38,814 nt of DNA from an uncultured Phycisphaeraceae bacterium (GTDB taxonomy: Bacteria; Planctomycetota; Phycisphaerae; Phycisphaerales; UBA1924). Below are positions 7,462 through 17,160 of this stretch, piece by piece. Each line of letters begins with the position of its first letter. Position 1 is the stretch's first letter. The stretch lies in NCBI GenBank assembly GCA_964652945.1, contig CAZZDW010000024.1, positions 1 to 38,814 of the forward strand, in the 5' to 3' direction. The notes beneath the pieces were generated by a model, which worked only from the letters and a program-made list of their open reading frames with translations, made no database searches and was not told where the DNA came from. The position numbers and the translations under genes were made by a program.

Positions 7462-9185
7462 GGAGCGGAGGGCGAGCGTCGATACGGGTATTGGTCTCCG
7501 CGGCCGCGTTTCGGCCGATTCACCTCATCGTGTTCGTATCAAGGATGACACTCGGGAGAGATTCGGGATACGAACCCCTCGGTGTGACTTTGGGGCATCT
7601 CCCCCCACTCCCGGCCCCGTTTGCAGGTGGGCTAGCGAGTTTGTGCGCCCCTTTGGCGGTGTCCAATGCGGCCGAGAAGGTCCGATAGCTCGTTTCGTGC
7701 CGCGATGCTGCAACATACGGTTGGCCCTGCCGAGCGAAGCCAGCGTCGACACGGCTTCCGCGGCTTGAGGGACTTCACCGTGGCCAAACCTTCTATATGG
7801 CGCGCAGCCGAGCGGATTACGACGCTGTTCATGTGTGCCGCTGTGGATGCGCGGGCTCGGATGCTCGACCACTCCTCGGCCTTCGTTCGGTTGATGAACG
7901 AACGCGACCGGCTCTACGCCGAGAATGCGTTGCTGGAGCGGGAACTCGCGATCTATCGCTCCCAGCGCTTGCGCAAGGAGCCGAAGCAGCGTCCGCACTT
8001 TGTGCCGGAGGAACGTGCCGAGATTTTGCAGGTGATGCGTTTGCGCGGCTGGTCGCCGAAGAAAACCGCGGAGCGCTTTGTCGTTCACGCCAAGACCATC
8101 CGCAACTGGATGAACGCCGTTGACGACAAACTTCGAGCCAAGAACCTGCTCGGCGGGCCGCCGTGGAATAAGGCGCACGAGTCCGTCCGCTGGTTGGTGC
8201 GCGAGATGAGAACCATGTTCCCGGAACCGGAGTTCGGCAGCCGGACGATCGCTCGCCACATCGCACGAGCCGGCATCAAGCTGAGTCGAACAAGTGTGCG
8301 ACGTATGCTGCAAGAAGAACCGCCGAGCCCAACGAAGAAGCACCCTGAGCGGGCCGTGACACAGGCACCCAATCATGTGCGTCATCCAGAAGAGCCCAAC
8401 AAGGTGTGGCACTTGGATATCACCACGGTCAAGCTCTTGTGGTGGAATATCGAGATCGCGGCTCTGCTCGATGGATTCACCCGGAAGATCGTCGCGTTGA
8501 AGGCTTTCAAAGGACGAGTGAAGACGGCCGACCTGACCGCGATGATCGATGCGGCTGTTCGCGAGAGCGGTGGGAGGGGGGCGCCACGGTTCATCGTGAC
8601 CGACCACGGCAGTCAGTTCCGACGTGAGTTCCGCAGCGCTGTCAGCAAGATGGGTGTGACGCATGTCCGCTGCCAGGTGCACACCTGGCAACTCAACGCG
8701 AAGGTCGAGCGAGTATTCCGCGACATAAAAACTTGGGCGGCCAAGTCGGTACTGTCCACCAACGTCGCGGTTGTGCAAAAACAACTCGACGCCTACCGGG
8801 AATGGCATAACCGATTCCGACCGCATGCCGCCCATGATACACTGACGCCGCTGGAAGCAGAAGCGAGAACTTCGAAGATCGAGACAGTCAGCTACACGCA
8901 GAAAGGAGGTGTTGAACCAGTCATCAAACTCGAGCGGCGGCACGTGGGAGACGACCTGCGGCTCTGCTACCCGGTCATCCACGTGCAAGAACGCCGCCGA
9001 GAAGCCGCATAAAGGGAGCGCACAAACTCCTGGCCCACCTGCATATGGCGGCCTTGAGCGTGCGAATCCCGAAAAGCGCGGCGACATCTTGATTGATTCT
9101 CCTTCCGCTTGCAGCCATGATGAGCGGAAGGCATCATTCGTCTACACCCTTCGCTCGCCCGCTACTCCCGCTACTCGCCACTCTC
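7462..9185 (+). mobile_element. IS481/IS3-superfamily insertion sequence, copy B
   Basis: Aligns with the reverse complement of copy A. Its outer end (9135-9185) supplies the last 17 codons and the stop of the 9134-10030 gene. Confidence 0.75.
7831..9012 (+). CDS. DDE transposase, IS481-like (intact paralogue of 368-1540)
   Basis: About 93-95% aa identity to the copy A transposase, with the same HTH and rve motifs. Differences include FVVHAKTIRNW vs FGVHPNTIRNW and ESGGRGAPRF vs ESGATPRF. Start chosen at the equivalent Met (MCAAV). The ORF is open upstream to 7666. Confidence 0.75.
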   Translation: MCAAVDARARMLDHSSAFVRLMNERDRLYAENALLERELAIYRSQRLRKEPKQRPHFVPEERAEILQVMRLRGWSPKKTAERFVVHAKTIRNWMNAVDDKLRAKNLLGGPPWNKAHESVRWLVREMRTMFPEPEFGSRTIARHIARAGIKLSRTSVRRMLQEEPPSPTKKHPERAVTQAPNHVRHPEEPNKVWHLDITTVKLLWWNIEIAALLDGFTRKIVALKAFKGRVKTADLTAMIDAAVRESGGRGAPRFIVTDHGSQFRREFRSAVSKMGVTHVRCQVHTWQLNAKVERVFRDIKTWAAKSVLSTNVAVVQKQLDAYREWHNRFRPHAAHDTLTPLEAEARTSKIETVSYTQKGGVEPVIKLERRHVGDDLRLCYPVIHVQERRREAA

Positions 9186-10030
9186 GCTATTCGGCCATTT
9201 TCTATACTGCGGTATGTAAGCCACATACATGACGCCGAAAGAGCAAAAACCAAATTAATCGCCGCTGTTTGACCCAGATCCCCACCTGGCGATAGCGGGG
9301 CTGTTGCATTCAAACTTATTATTAGATCAGAAAAGAATGGCGCGAAAGCAAAAAAAACTGAAATAAGCACGAGACATGACACAAACTTGCGATACTTCAT
9401 CATAGCTTGCGGCCCATGAGAAATCACACAAATAAAGGTTCGCCATGAAGAAATTGAATGAACTATAAGCACTAAACCAACTGCTCCGGTCAAGAGCGGT
9501 GCAAGTTTAGTAGATATTCGACTATGCAACCCAAATTCGCGAACTGCTACCCATGACCATAAAACAATTCCGGTTAGCGTAAAAAATATTAACCATCCCT
9601 TTATTCGTTTAGATTCGCCATGACAGATAGTCCAAATGCGACTAAGCAATCGACTTCCATTTGCTAAATATACGACCAGCACAGCAAGGTAAACGCCTAC
9701 AGCAACAAATCCTATGGATGCTACATCTTGTAGCCGTGTCCACAACTCTTGCGGTCTGGAAAAACCATTGTGATCTAAGACGAGAGTTACAATATGAATG
9801 CAAAGCGCGATAAAAGCAAAACTAATAGGAGCCACACCAGCGAAAAACACAATTAACGCAAGTCGACGGATTGCACTCGCTTGCTCTTGATTAATAGTAT
9901 CTTCTAATGGCGGCATGACTACACACCGCCATCCACCTTCGTGTCCGCATTCTGGACAAGCCGTTGTTGGTGGCAATCCTGTAAGATCATAACCACATTG
10001 ACGACAAAGATATACTGATGCCGGTTTCAT
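9134..10030 (-). CDS. Zinc-ribbon + polytopic membrane protein in a low-GC islet; candidate RHS immunity protein with its 3' end replaced by IS sequence
   Basis: The N-terminus C-R-Q-C-G-Y-D-L-T-G..C-P-E-C-G is a double CxxC zinc ribbon, followed by about 6 hydrophobic helices. GC is ~42% vs ~65% background. The ATG lies 8 nt after the RHS stop codon. The last 17 aa (..RVASSGSSGRAKGVDE*) are encoded by the terminal repeat of IS copy B. Confidence 0.6.
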   Translation of the reverse strand: MKPASVYLCRQCGYDLTGLPPTTACPECGHEGGWRCVVMPPLEDTINQEQASAIRRLALIVFFAGVAPISFAFIALCIHIVTLVLDHNGFSRPQELWTRLQDVASIGFVAVGVYLAVLVVYLANGSRLLSRIWTICHGESKRIKGWLIFFTLTGIVLWSWVAVREFGLHSRISTKLAPLLTGAVGLVLIVHSISSWRTFICVISHGPQAMMKYRKFVSCLVLISVFFAFAPFFSDLIISLNATAPLSPGGDLGQTAAINLVFALSASCMWLTYRSIENGRIARVASSGSSGRAKGVDE

Positions 10031-10038
10031 GCTTTATT

Positions 10039-13000
10039 CTACTCAGAACATGTGGACGAAGACGGCGTTGGCGTGGCCGGTTGGGACGGTGCGGCCGGTG
10101 GAAAGATTCCTGGGACGATCGTTCTCCATCCTGGCGGACACGCTTTACCAAAGACCATGTATTGATGTTGAGCATGACAACTCGCCTTGCATTGAGCTAT
10201 GGTGATTCCTGCTCTAACTTGTTGCAATCGATAGTCAGCTTCACAAATGGCAGTTGCTGAAGTATACCCAATGCTACAAAGGAGACGGCATGCGCTCGCT
10301 CCCGTTTTGCCTGGAGCCGGGCAAATAGCTATGCAAGCACTCCGCGTGAAGGCTGCAGCCGCATTACATGCGGCATATCGAGCATCGATTGCAGCATTGA
10401 CTGTTACAGGACAAGCTGCTATGCACTTCTGTGCCTCAACTGTATCTTCGCACAGACTATGTGCTGGATACAACATTGGACTACCGCCCGGTACTCTGGG
10501 CGCGATCGTGCCAGGTGCCGGAATTGGCGTGAAAGGTGGAGTCGGTGGAGTCGCGGGAACAATATACCCAGGACCTGTCGGACTTACTGGTGGCCATGGA
10601 CTAGCGAGACCGGTCGAATCAGTCGCAGCTAATGGGTTTGATCTCAAATACGCATACAAGCTCATCCCATCCACATATCCTAGCGGGTCTCTTCTGAGCC
10701 AACTTCCGAGGCGGTCGTGGTAGACGCGGTTTCGGCAGTGCCACAGCCACGTGAGCTGCATCGACGGCGTGATGTACGCCACGGCGTCCGACTCGTACCC
10801 GGCGTAGCCCTTGCGGTTGTTCACCGTGTCGTCGGTCAGGAAGCCCCAGCCCTTGGGCCGATGCGTGCTCTGCGCGTCGGCGTACACGATCGACCAATCG
10901 CTGAACTCGACCGTGCCGTCGAGGTCGATGTCGCCGCGGACGTCGTAGAACGACGTGTCGAACCACTCGCGGACGATGATCGGGTCGGAGCTGGGATCGT
11001 TCAGGCCCGTCGCGTTCACGTCGCCCAGCGGGATGCAGTACGGCGTGCCGTACGCCGAGTACCGGATCTGCTCCACCTGCCCACCCACGCTGCTCAACAG
11101 CGCCACCACGTCCGCACGCCAGTTCTGGCAGTAGTACCGGCGTTCTTCTAATGTCCCGTCGGCCGCCGAGAGCCACCCCGAGTTCGCGTCACGGTCGCGC
11201 AGGATCGCCAGGTCGATGTAGCTGCCCGATCCACCCATGCCCGCGTGGTGGTACGCGAACAGCTCCTTGGGGTCCGTGTCGGCATTGCGGAAGCTCGCCA
11301 CCATACGCCACCGGTCATCGTAGGCGAAGTAGTACCACGGGTCCGAGCCGTCCGTGTCGGCGTCGTAATCCGCGTCGTAGTGCCACGCGATCCGGTGGCC
11401 CAGGCCGTTGTACCGGTACTCGATCACCACGTTGCCCGTCCCCTCGTGCAGCACGCGGCACAGACGACCGAACGCGTCATTGATATACAGGTGCCGGACG
11501 CCGTCGAAGAACATGTCGCCGCGCTTGTTGTGGCTCGGAGTCCCCGCACCGATCGCCGTCATCTCGTTCGCGTTGTTGTGCGACCGCGAGCGGCTGTGCT
11601 CCGGGTTGATGAACACCGTGTCGATGAAGTCCCCGTCGCCGTTGATATCCAGCCGCTCGAAAGCCCAGTTGCCCGTCTGCGTGAGCGCGGGGTTGCCGGA
11701 GGCGTCCATCCAGCGATGGTCGCGGGCGCGGGTGGCGATGCTCCCGCCGGAGATCTCGCCCTGGTCGTCGCGGAGGAGCCGATCCAGATCGTCGATCGTG
11801 TACAGCGCGTCGAACACGTGCGGGCCGTGGACCGACGTGGTGGACTTGCGCTGGATGTTGTCGATCGTGTGCGTGATGTTCGAGTTGCGGTCGTAGCTGA
11901 TATCCGTATGGTAGAAGTCGACGTCGGTCGCGAGGTCCTTGGTCCACCGGCTGGAGATCGTGCGGTTGAACCCGTCGAGCCGGTTGTAGACGCCGGCAGC
12001 GGCGCCCGCCGCGTACAAGCTGGTGTAGATATCCGCCTCGGGCAGGTCGGTCCGTGCGGCCCAGTCGACGCCCGCGTATGTGTACTCACTGACAATCACC
12101 GGCGACCCGGTACCAATACGGACCTGGCTCACGCGGCTGGCGGCGTCGTCGTAGAGATGACCGGCCGAAGAAAGATACTGGTAATCCAGGACCTGCTTGG
12201 CCGTGCCGCTGGAGATGTGGTAGAAGTTCTGACCGGTTCGGCGGACCGCCTGGACACCCGTCGCGGGGGCCGACTTGGCGTAGGTAAACTCGACCTTGTA
12301 ATCGTCGGGCGTGCCCGCGCCGACCGCCGAGTTCACGTCCTGGCGGAAGGTCTCGGTGTTCCCCCAGTCGTCGTAGGTGTACGCGACCTCGTCGGTGATA
12401 GAGCCCGACCCGACGGTCGCGTTATCCCACTGGGTGACCTTCTGCACAAAGCCGCGGCTGTCATAGGTGGTGCTGATCCGCTTCACGGCGGCGTTAAAGC
12501 TGTCATAGCCGCTTGACGGGATCGTCGTCGCCCGGCGATGGGTGAGCCGGCCCGCCTTGTCGTAATCCTGCGCGATGACCACGCCGGACTGGTCGGTCTT
12601 GATGATCTCCTGGCCGAGCGTGTTGTAACCGAAGAGCACGTCGCGGTCCGTGTCCGCCTGCATGGCCGTCTGCGGCGGGTAGACCACGCGCGAGAGCATC
12701 CGGTTCGAGTTGAGCTTCGAGCCGTTGCTCGTCGTGGCCGCGTGCTCGTACGTGGTGACCTGGTCGTCGCTGTCCTCGGTCCCATCGCCGTCGATGTCGA
12801 CCCATTCTTTGGACTTCAGGCCGTTGGTGTATTCGTAGCGCGTGTAAATATCATGGTCGCGGTTCGCGGTAGCCAGCGAGCCGTTCTCGTAGTTGGCGAT
12901 TTGGGTGATGGTTCGAAGCGCCCGGTCGTGCGCGACACGCGTCTTTGCGCCCGCCGTCCCGGTCGGATCAGACCCCTTCGTCGGCAACTCGGTCTCGATG

Positions 13001-16000
13001 GGTACGCCGTAGTCGCTATACGTCGTCGACGTGACAATCACGCTGCCCGTGGACCGGTCCAACGGCGTGGATGGACGCGTGAACGCGGTGCTCGAAGTCG
13101 TGCCGTCGCCAACGATCCCGAAGGTGCCGTACTGCACCGTTATCTCCGGGCGATCGAGTTCGTCGTAGTACATCGCAGTAATTTGTACACGGCCGTTGAC
13201 ATCGGTTGCGGTCAGCGTGGTCGGGTCGCCAGCACCCATGCTCTCGCTGTCGGCGTCCAGCTCGCCTGTTGTGGATTCATCGCCCGCGTGCCGCTGGATG
13301 CTGACGGTGAAGAGCGCGTTGCCGGTCTCGCTCTCGTAGATCGTTTGATTTTCGGCGAGCACGATATCGCCGCTCACGTCGGTTTGACCGCTGGCGTACA
13401 CCTCGCCATACGTGTCCTCGTTGTCGTCGGTCTTCGCGAGCACAAACTGGTGCGTCGGCCGCCCCAGGCTGTCGTACCGCGTCTTGGTGAGCTGCTGCCC
13501 TTGCGTCTTGATCACACGGCCAACCGGGTCGTACCAGTTCTGCGAGACAAGCGTATCGTCATCCGAGCCATCTGAGTCATCGATCTTGTGGGCGACGTTC
13601 TTCCAGGCTCTGCCCCGTTCGTCGTAGGACGTCTCTGAAAGGCTGAGCCTGTTCGTCGCGACCGAACTCGGATCACTCGATGCGCTCAATCCCGCAGCGC
13701 TGGAGTACGTTCCCATGACCGTCATGCGGTTCATGTTGTCGTACTTGCTGAGCACATGAGGTATCGCAGGCGACACCCCGTCCGTCGGGTTCGTCTGCAG
13801 GATCATCCGACCACGGTAGTCATAGGCGTAAGTCGTTTCTCGCTGGTCCGTGCTCATGCCGTCCCATGCGCCGTCCGGATCGGTCATGACACTGGTGAGA
13901 TGGCTGTTCTTCCCCGAGACCAGCGTCGTCGTCGATTGCGACTGCCCGTCGTACCGGCGACGCTCGACACGCACCATGTCGCCCCCCATCCCATTGATTC
14001 CCTCGCCGTTCGCCTCGCTCCAGGCGGTATCGTCCGTGCCCGTCCATAGCTCCGAAATCCTGCCGATCGCGTCGTACACCGTCCGGTCAATGGTCCCTGT
14101 CGGATCCTCAACGCGAACTACGCGACCCATACCATCATGATCGTAGCTCGTCACGTCGCAGACGACCGAGGGGCTTCCCCCGCCGTTGTCCTGCCAGTTG
14201 CCGCTCGTGCGGATCGTGTGATACGAGCGGGTTTCAAGGAGACGAGTCCCGGAACTGTCATAGATCGACACCTTCGGTCGATAGACCAGTTCTCGGTTCG
14301 TACCCCTGAACGCCACGTCAAGGGCGTCAATCGGGTCGGACAAGTTATGATCAATCCAATCCGCTTTGGCAAGCGTGCCTGTTGAAATCCCCGCATCCGG
14401 GATCGCCAACGTAGCGCTGAACTCAATCTTTCCAGCTGGATTGATAACCTGATACGAAACGGGTCCATAGTACGTCGTGCCGTCTACCCGGGGAAAGTGC
14501 AACCGGACCGCCATGTGCGCTTGATCAAAGAAGGACAGAATGCTATAAAAATTTTCTGTAACGCGGCCATTGGGCAGCGTGGTCTTGGTTAGCCGCCCTT
14601 GTGAGTCGTACATGTATTCGGTTACCAGGTGTTGCCCACCGTTGGCGGATGGACTACCGAGAAATGTTGAGACCTCACCCGAGGCGAAGTCGCCAGAATA
14701 AGATGCGGGATCGGCGTCATCAATACGCTTGATCAACAGGCGGTTGGCGTCGTAGAGTGTATACGTGATAACGCCCTCTTCGCTGATGGAGAAAGCAACG
14801 GTCCCATCTTGACGATAGTGATTGAATCGAGAAGTTGCCGAGTCGGGACCATTATTTCCCGCCGAGACTTCCGCGTTAATCGTTTCGATCGTCTTGGGCA
14901 CTATCGAGAGCGGCAACGATCCTCCCCAGAAATCTCGATCATATGCTGTAACGTAATATTTTGAGGTATCGTAGTACAAGTGCGACTCAGCATGAAATAA
15001 CCGGTCTTCCACTGCGAGGGGTATGTACACAAAGGTGCTTCCAATATTAAGTATTGGCTCCTCGTACTCCGTATCCGTGAGATAATTCAGATCGGGCGAA
15101 TCCGGATATGGCGACTTATCGCCACTTGCAATCCGTGGACCATATATGAGTCCACCGCCTACGTCCGGGTACACGGCGAAACCACTCGACCCGCTCGTGA
15201 CAACACCTGTGGAATGGTTGTAGCCGGTATTGACTTCTGGGCTGTGCTTTTCGACAACCGCACCATACAAACTCTCACGTTCGACATATTCTACCCATCG
15301 CGTTGAAACACTTGTGGCTGGATCTGTCGTCGTTGTCACCTTCGAAAGCGACTGACCTGCCTCGTCAAAGTACTGCGTGATCCACAACCCATCAGGACGC
15401 TGCATTATCGTCCGGAACTTCGCCTCGGTGTCATAGAAACCGCTGCTATTGGAGTACCCCGGCGCTCCCTCGTACCTAAATGCAAATGTCCCATTCGCCC
15501 CTCCCCCCGTGCAACCGCACTGACCATTAAAGAGTCCTGTCGCCACCTTCTTCGGGTCGGCGGCGCCGGAGTCATAGGTCAGAAACGCCGCCGTGTACGG
15601 CTTCAGGTCTGTATCACTGACAGTATCGAGCGATGTCGAGTCTATTGCATCGCTGAATCCATACTGATGCGTTCCGCCCGGCTCGACGACTGCTTTGAGC
15701 TGCCCGGCGTACCCGCTCCCGGATGCATAATACCTGTAGTAGGTCTTTCTCCATTCAAGTTGTGTATCATTTGTGACAAGGAACGCAGTCGCCATCTTGA
15801 GTTGTCCGGGTAATCCGTCATCGTCATCATCTACTAACACGGACGATTGGTAATACCAATACAAAACGGCCGCAACAGTGGCGACGCCGGTTGGCGGATC
15901 AGATGGATTATGCCAATCTCCTCCGGTCTTGTTACTTGCCACCACGCCAACCAGCCGTTGTACACCGTCGATGCTTGAGTAAGTATATTCGTAGTACCTT

Positions 16001-16854
16001 TCAGCGGCGTCGTAGACTCGAAGAACCCTTCCCGCCGTGTCGTAGCCGTCGTTGATGGCATCATCAATATCTGTTGGATGACCCACGTACATCGTGTTAC
16101 CCGCGGCGTCTGAACTTTTCCAGAGCTGCCACGCGGCACGAGTGTCCGTACCATTGTCGCCTATGAAGATAGTCTTCCCGCCCCGAGTATCGTGCAGGGT
16201 GTACAGATCGGGGTCGCCGCCGGTACCAGGAGCAATCTCGAAAATTCCACCCGCCCCATTCACCGGTCCGAAGACCGTGTCGCTCCCGTATTGTTGACGG
16301 TATTCTGAGAATATCCCAGCGCCGGTGATCAAGTAGATCACATCATCGTAGTCGCCGCCGTTCACGCATACCCGGATTTCCGGCTGCGAGTTCTGGAACC
16401 AGTTCTTGCCCTGCGGGCCATCGGATGTCGAGGCCTGCATCTGGTTGTAGCTTCGACCGACGACCACCTGAGGTCCGATCGTAGGAAGCGCGATGTCTAC
16501 GACACTCTCGTCGTAATTGCCAGTAAGCAGGTTGACATGACCAACCATTATGTCACAGCACGGCTCGTGCGACCCGAAGCCCGCCAAGCCCGTAGCTGGA
16601 AAAGACCAAATTGAGCTGAATCCTGACGCCGCGGCACAACTCCGCACGTTGCTGTTGAGTGCAGTTCCACGGTAAAGCAACCCAGGAGCAGCTCCCTGGA
16701 CCCGTGTGGGATCTGCACAATATGAGTCAATCAACTCCCCATCTTTGGGCACGCCCGTGCCGAAGACGATGCTCGAACCCAAGAGCATGCTCATCGCTGC
16801 CCCAGCGCACGGCAGGACACGTTGAAATACACGACGACGCAATGTGCTGGACAT
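10039..16854 (-). CDS. RHS/YD-repeat family polymorphic toxin (~2270 aa) with signal peptide and a C-terminal Pro-rich linker + Cys-rich domain
   Basis: Dozens of YD repeats (YDxxGR..: YMYDSQGRLTKTT, YDAIGRISELW, YDYRGRMILQ, YDERGRAWKNV, YDSLGRPTHQF ...). The core ends with the canonical ..YHDRLGSWLRRDPLGYVDGMSLYAYLRSNPLAATDSTGL (RHS DPxGL cap). About 190 aa follow: a P-rich stretch, then 16 Cys in ~120 aa. DNA GC drops to ~52% from ~10700 to the stop. The start was taken at MSSTLRRRVF..(ATG 16854) where an N-terminal signal-like segment begins. The ORF is open upstream to 16995. Confidence 0.9.
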   Translation of the reverse strand: MSSTLRRRVFQRVLPCAGAAMSMLLGSSIVFGTGVPKDGELIDSYCADPTRVQGAAPGLLYRGTALNSNVRSCAAASGFSSIWSFPATGLAGFGSHEPCCDIMVGHVNLLTGNYDESVVDIALPTIGPQVVVGRSYNQMQASTSDGPQGKNWFQNSQPEIRVCVNGGDYDDVIYLITGAGIFSEYRQQYGSDTVFGPVNGAGGIFEIAPGTGGDPDLYTLHDTRGGKTIFIGDNGTDTRAAWQLWKSSDAAGNTMYVGHPTDIDDAINDGYDTAGRVLRVYDAAERYYEYTYSSIDGVQRLVGVVASNKTGGDWHNPSDPPTGVATVAAVLYWYYQSSVLVDDDDDGLPGQLKMATAFLVTNDTQLEWRKTYYRYYASGSGYAGQLKAVVEPGGTHQYGFSDAIDSTSLDTVSDTDLKPYTAAFLTYDSGAADPKKVATGLFNGQCGCTGGGANGTFAFRYEGAPGYSNSSGFYDTEAKFRTIMQRPDGLWITQYFDEAGQSLSKVTTTTDPATSVSTRWVEYVERESLYGAVVEKHSPEVNTGYNHSTGVVTSGSSGFAVYPDVGGGLIYGPRIASGDKSPYPDSPDLNYLTDTEYEEPILNIGSTFVYIPLAVEDRLFHAESHLYYDTSKYYVTAYDRDFWGGSLPLSIVPKTIETINAEVSAGNNGPDSATSRFNHYRQDGTVAFSISEEGVITYTLYDANRLLIKRIDDADPASYSGDFASGEVSTFLGSPSANGGQHLVTEYMYDSQGRLTKTTLPNGRVTENFYSILSFFDQAHMAVRLHFPRVDGTTYYGPVSYQVINPAGKIEFSATLAIPDAGISTGTLAKADWIDHNLSDPIDALDVAFRGTNRELVYRPKVSIYDSSGTRLLETRSYHTIRTSGNWQDNGGGSPSVVCDVTSYDHDGMGRVVRVEDPTGTIDRTVYDAIGRISELWTGTDDTAWSEANGEGINGMGGDMVRVERRRYDGQSQSTTTLVSGKNSHLTSVMTDPDGAWDGMSTDQRETTYAYDYRGRMILQTNPTDGVSPAIPHVLSKYDNMNRMTVMGTYSSAAGLSASSDPSSVATNRLSLSETSYDERGRAWKNVAHKIDDSDGSDDDTLVSQNWYDPVGRVIKTQGQQLTKTRYDSLGRPTHQFVLAKTDDNEDTYGEVYASGQTDVSGDIVLAENQTIYESETGNALFTVSIQRHAGDESTTGELDADSESMGAGDPTTLTATDVNGRVQITAMYYDELDRPEITVQYGTFGIVGDGTTSSTAFTRPSTPLDRSTGSVIVTSTTYSDYGVPIETELPTKGSDPTGTAGAKTRVAHDRALRTITQIANYENGSLATANRDHDIYTRYEYTNGLKSKEWVDIDGDGTEDSDDQVTTYEHAATTSNGSKLNSNRMLSRVVYPPQTAMQADTDRDVLFGYNTLGQEIIKTDQSGVVIAQDYDKAGRLTHRRATTIPSSGYDSFNAAVKRISTTYDSRGFVQKVTQWDNATVGSGSITDEVAYTYDDWGNTETFRQDVNSAVGAGTPDDYKVEFTYAKSAPATGVQAVRRTGQNFYHISSGTAKQVLDYQYLSSAGHLYDDAASRVSQVRIGTGSPVIVSEYTYAGVDWAARTDLPEADIYTSLYAAGAAAGVYNRLDGFNRTISSRWTKDLATDVDFYHTDISYDRNSNITHTIDNIQRKSTTSVHGPHVFDALYTIDDLDRLLRDDQGEISGGSIATRARDHRWMDASGNPALTQTGNWAFERLDINGDGDFIDTVFINPEHSRSRSHNNANEMTAIGAGTPSHNKRGDMFFDGVRHLYINDAFGRLCRVLHEGTGNVVIEYRYNGLGHRIAWHYDADYDADTDGSDPWYYFAYDDRWRMVASFRNADTDPKELFAYHHAGMGGSGSYIDLAILRDRDANSGWLSAADGTLEERRYYCQNWRADVVALLSSVGGQVEQIRYSAYGTPYCIPLGDVNATGLNDPSSDPIIVREWFDTSFYDVRGDIDLDGTVEFSDWSIVYADAQSTHRPKGWGFLTDDTVNNRKGYAGYESDAVAYITPSMQLTWLWHCRNRVYHDRLGSWLRRDPLGYVDGMSLYAYLRSNPLAATDSTGLASPWPPVSPTGPGYIVPATPPTPPFTPIPAPGTIAPRVPGGSPMLYPAHSLCEDTVEAQKCIAACPVTVNAAIDARYAACNAAAAFTRSACIAICPAPGKTGASACRLLCSIGYTSATAICEADYRLQQVRAGITIAQCKASCHAQHQYMVFGKACPPGWRTIVPGIFPPAAPSQPATPTPSSSTCSE

Positions 16855-17160
16855 GCTTGTTTCTCGCAGAATGAAGGAATTCTGCTTCAATCGACTTTCT
16901 TCAATCGACGCACACGTGAATACTTGCAGAGAAGCGACGCTACCTATCGCGTACAACGAGGGGCAACCTGCGCATCCTCTCATCAGGTCCATCATATGTC
17001 AAATGTTCATTGCAGTTAGTGGATAAATTGTGCAGAATTTATTTTATATGCGATACTTGCAATCCCCATCAAAGCACGGTATACAAGGGGTGATACGTAA
17101 GATGAGTTTGCTCGCATAATGTCGTATTGATCCTGAATATACCTTTTTCAAGGGGTTTTC

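Noticed and set aside
11245-13575. Long plus-strand ORFs (423 aa, 345 aa and others) inside the RHS gene
   Set aside because: They are antisense to unmistakable YD-repeat coding sequence, and Val/Arg/Asp-rich mirror translation is expected at 66% GC.
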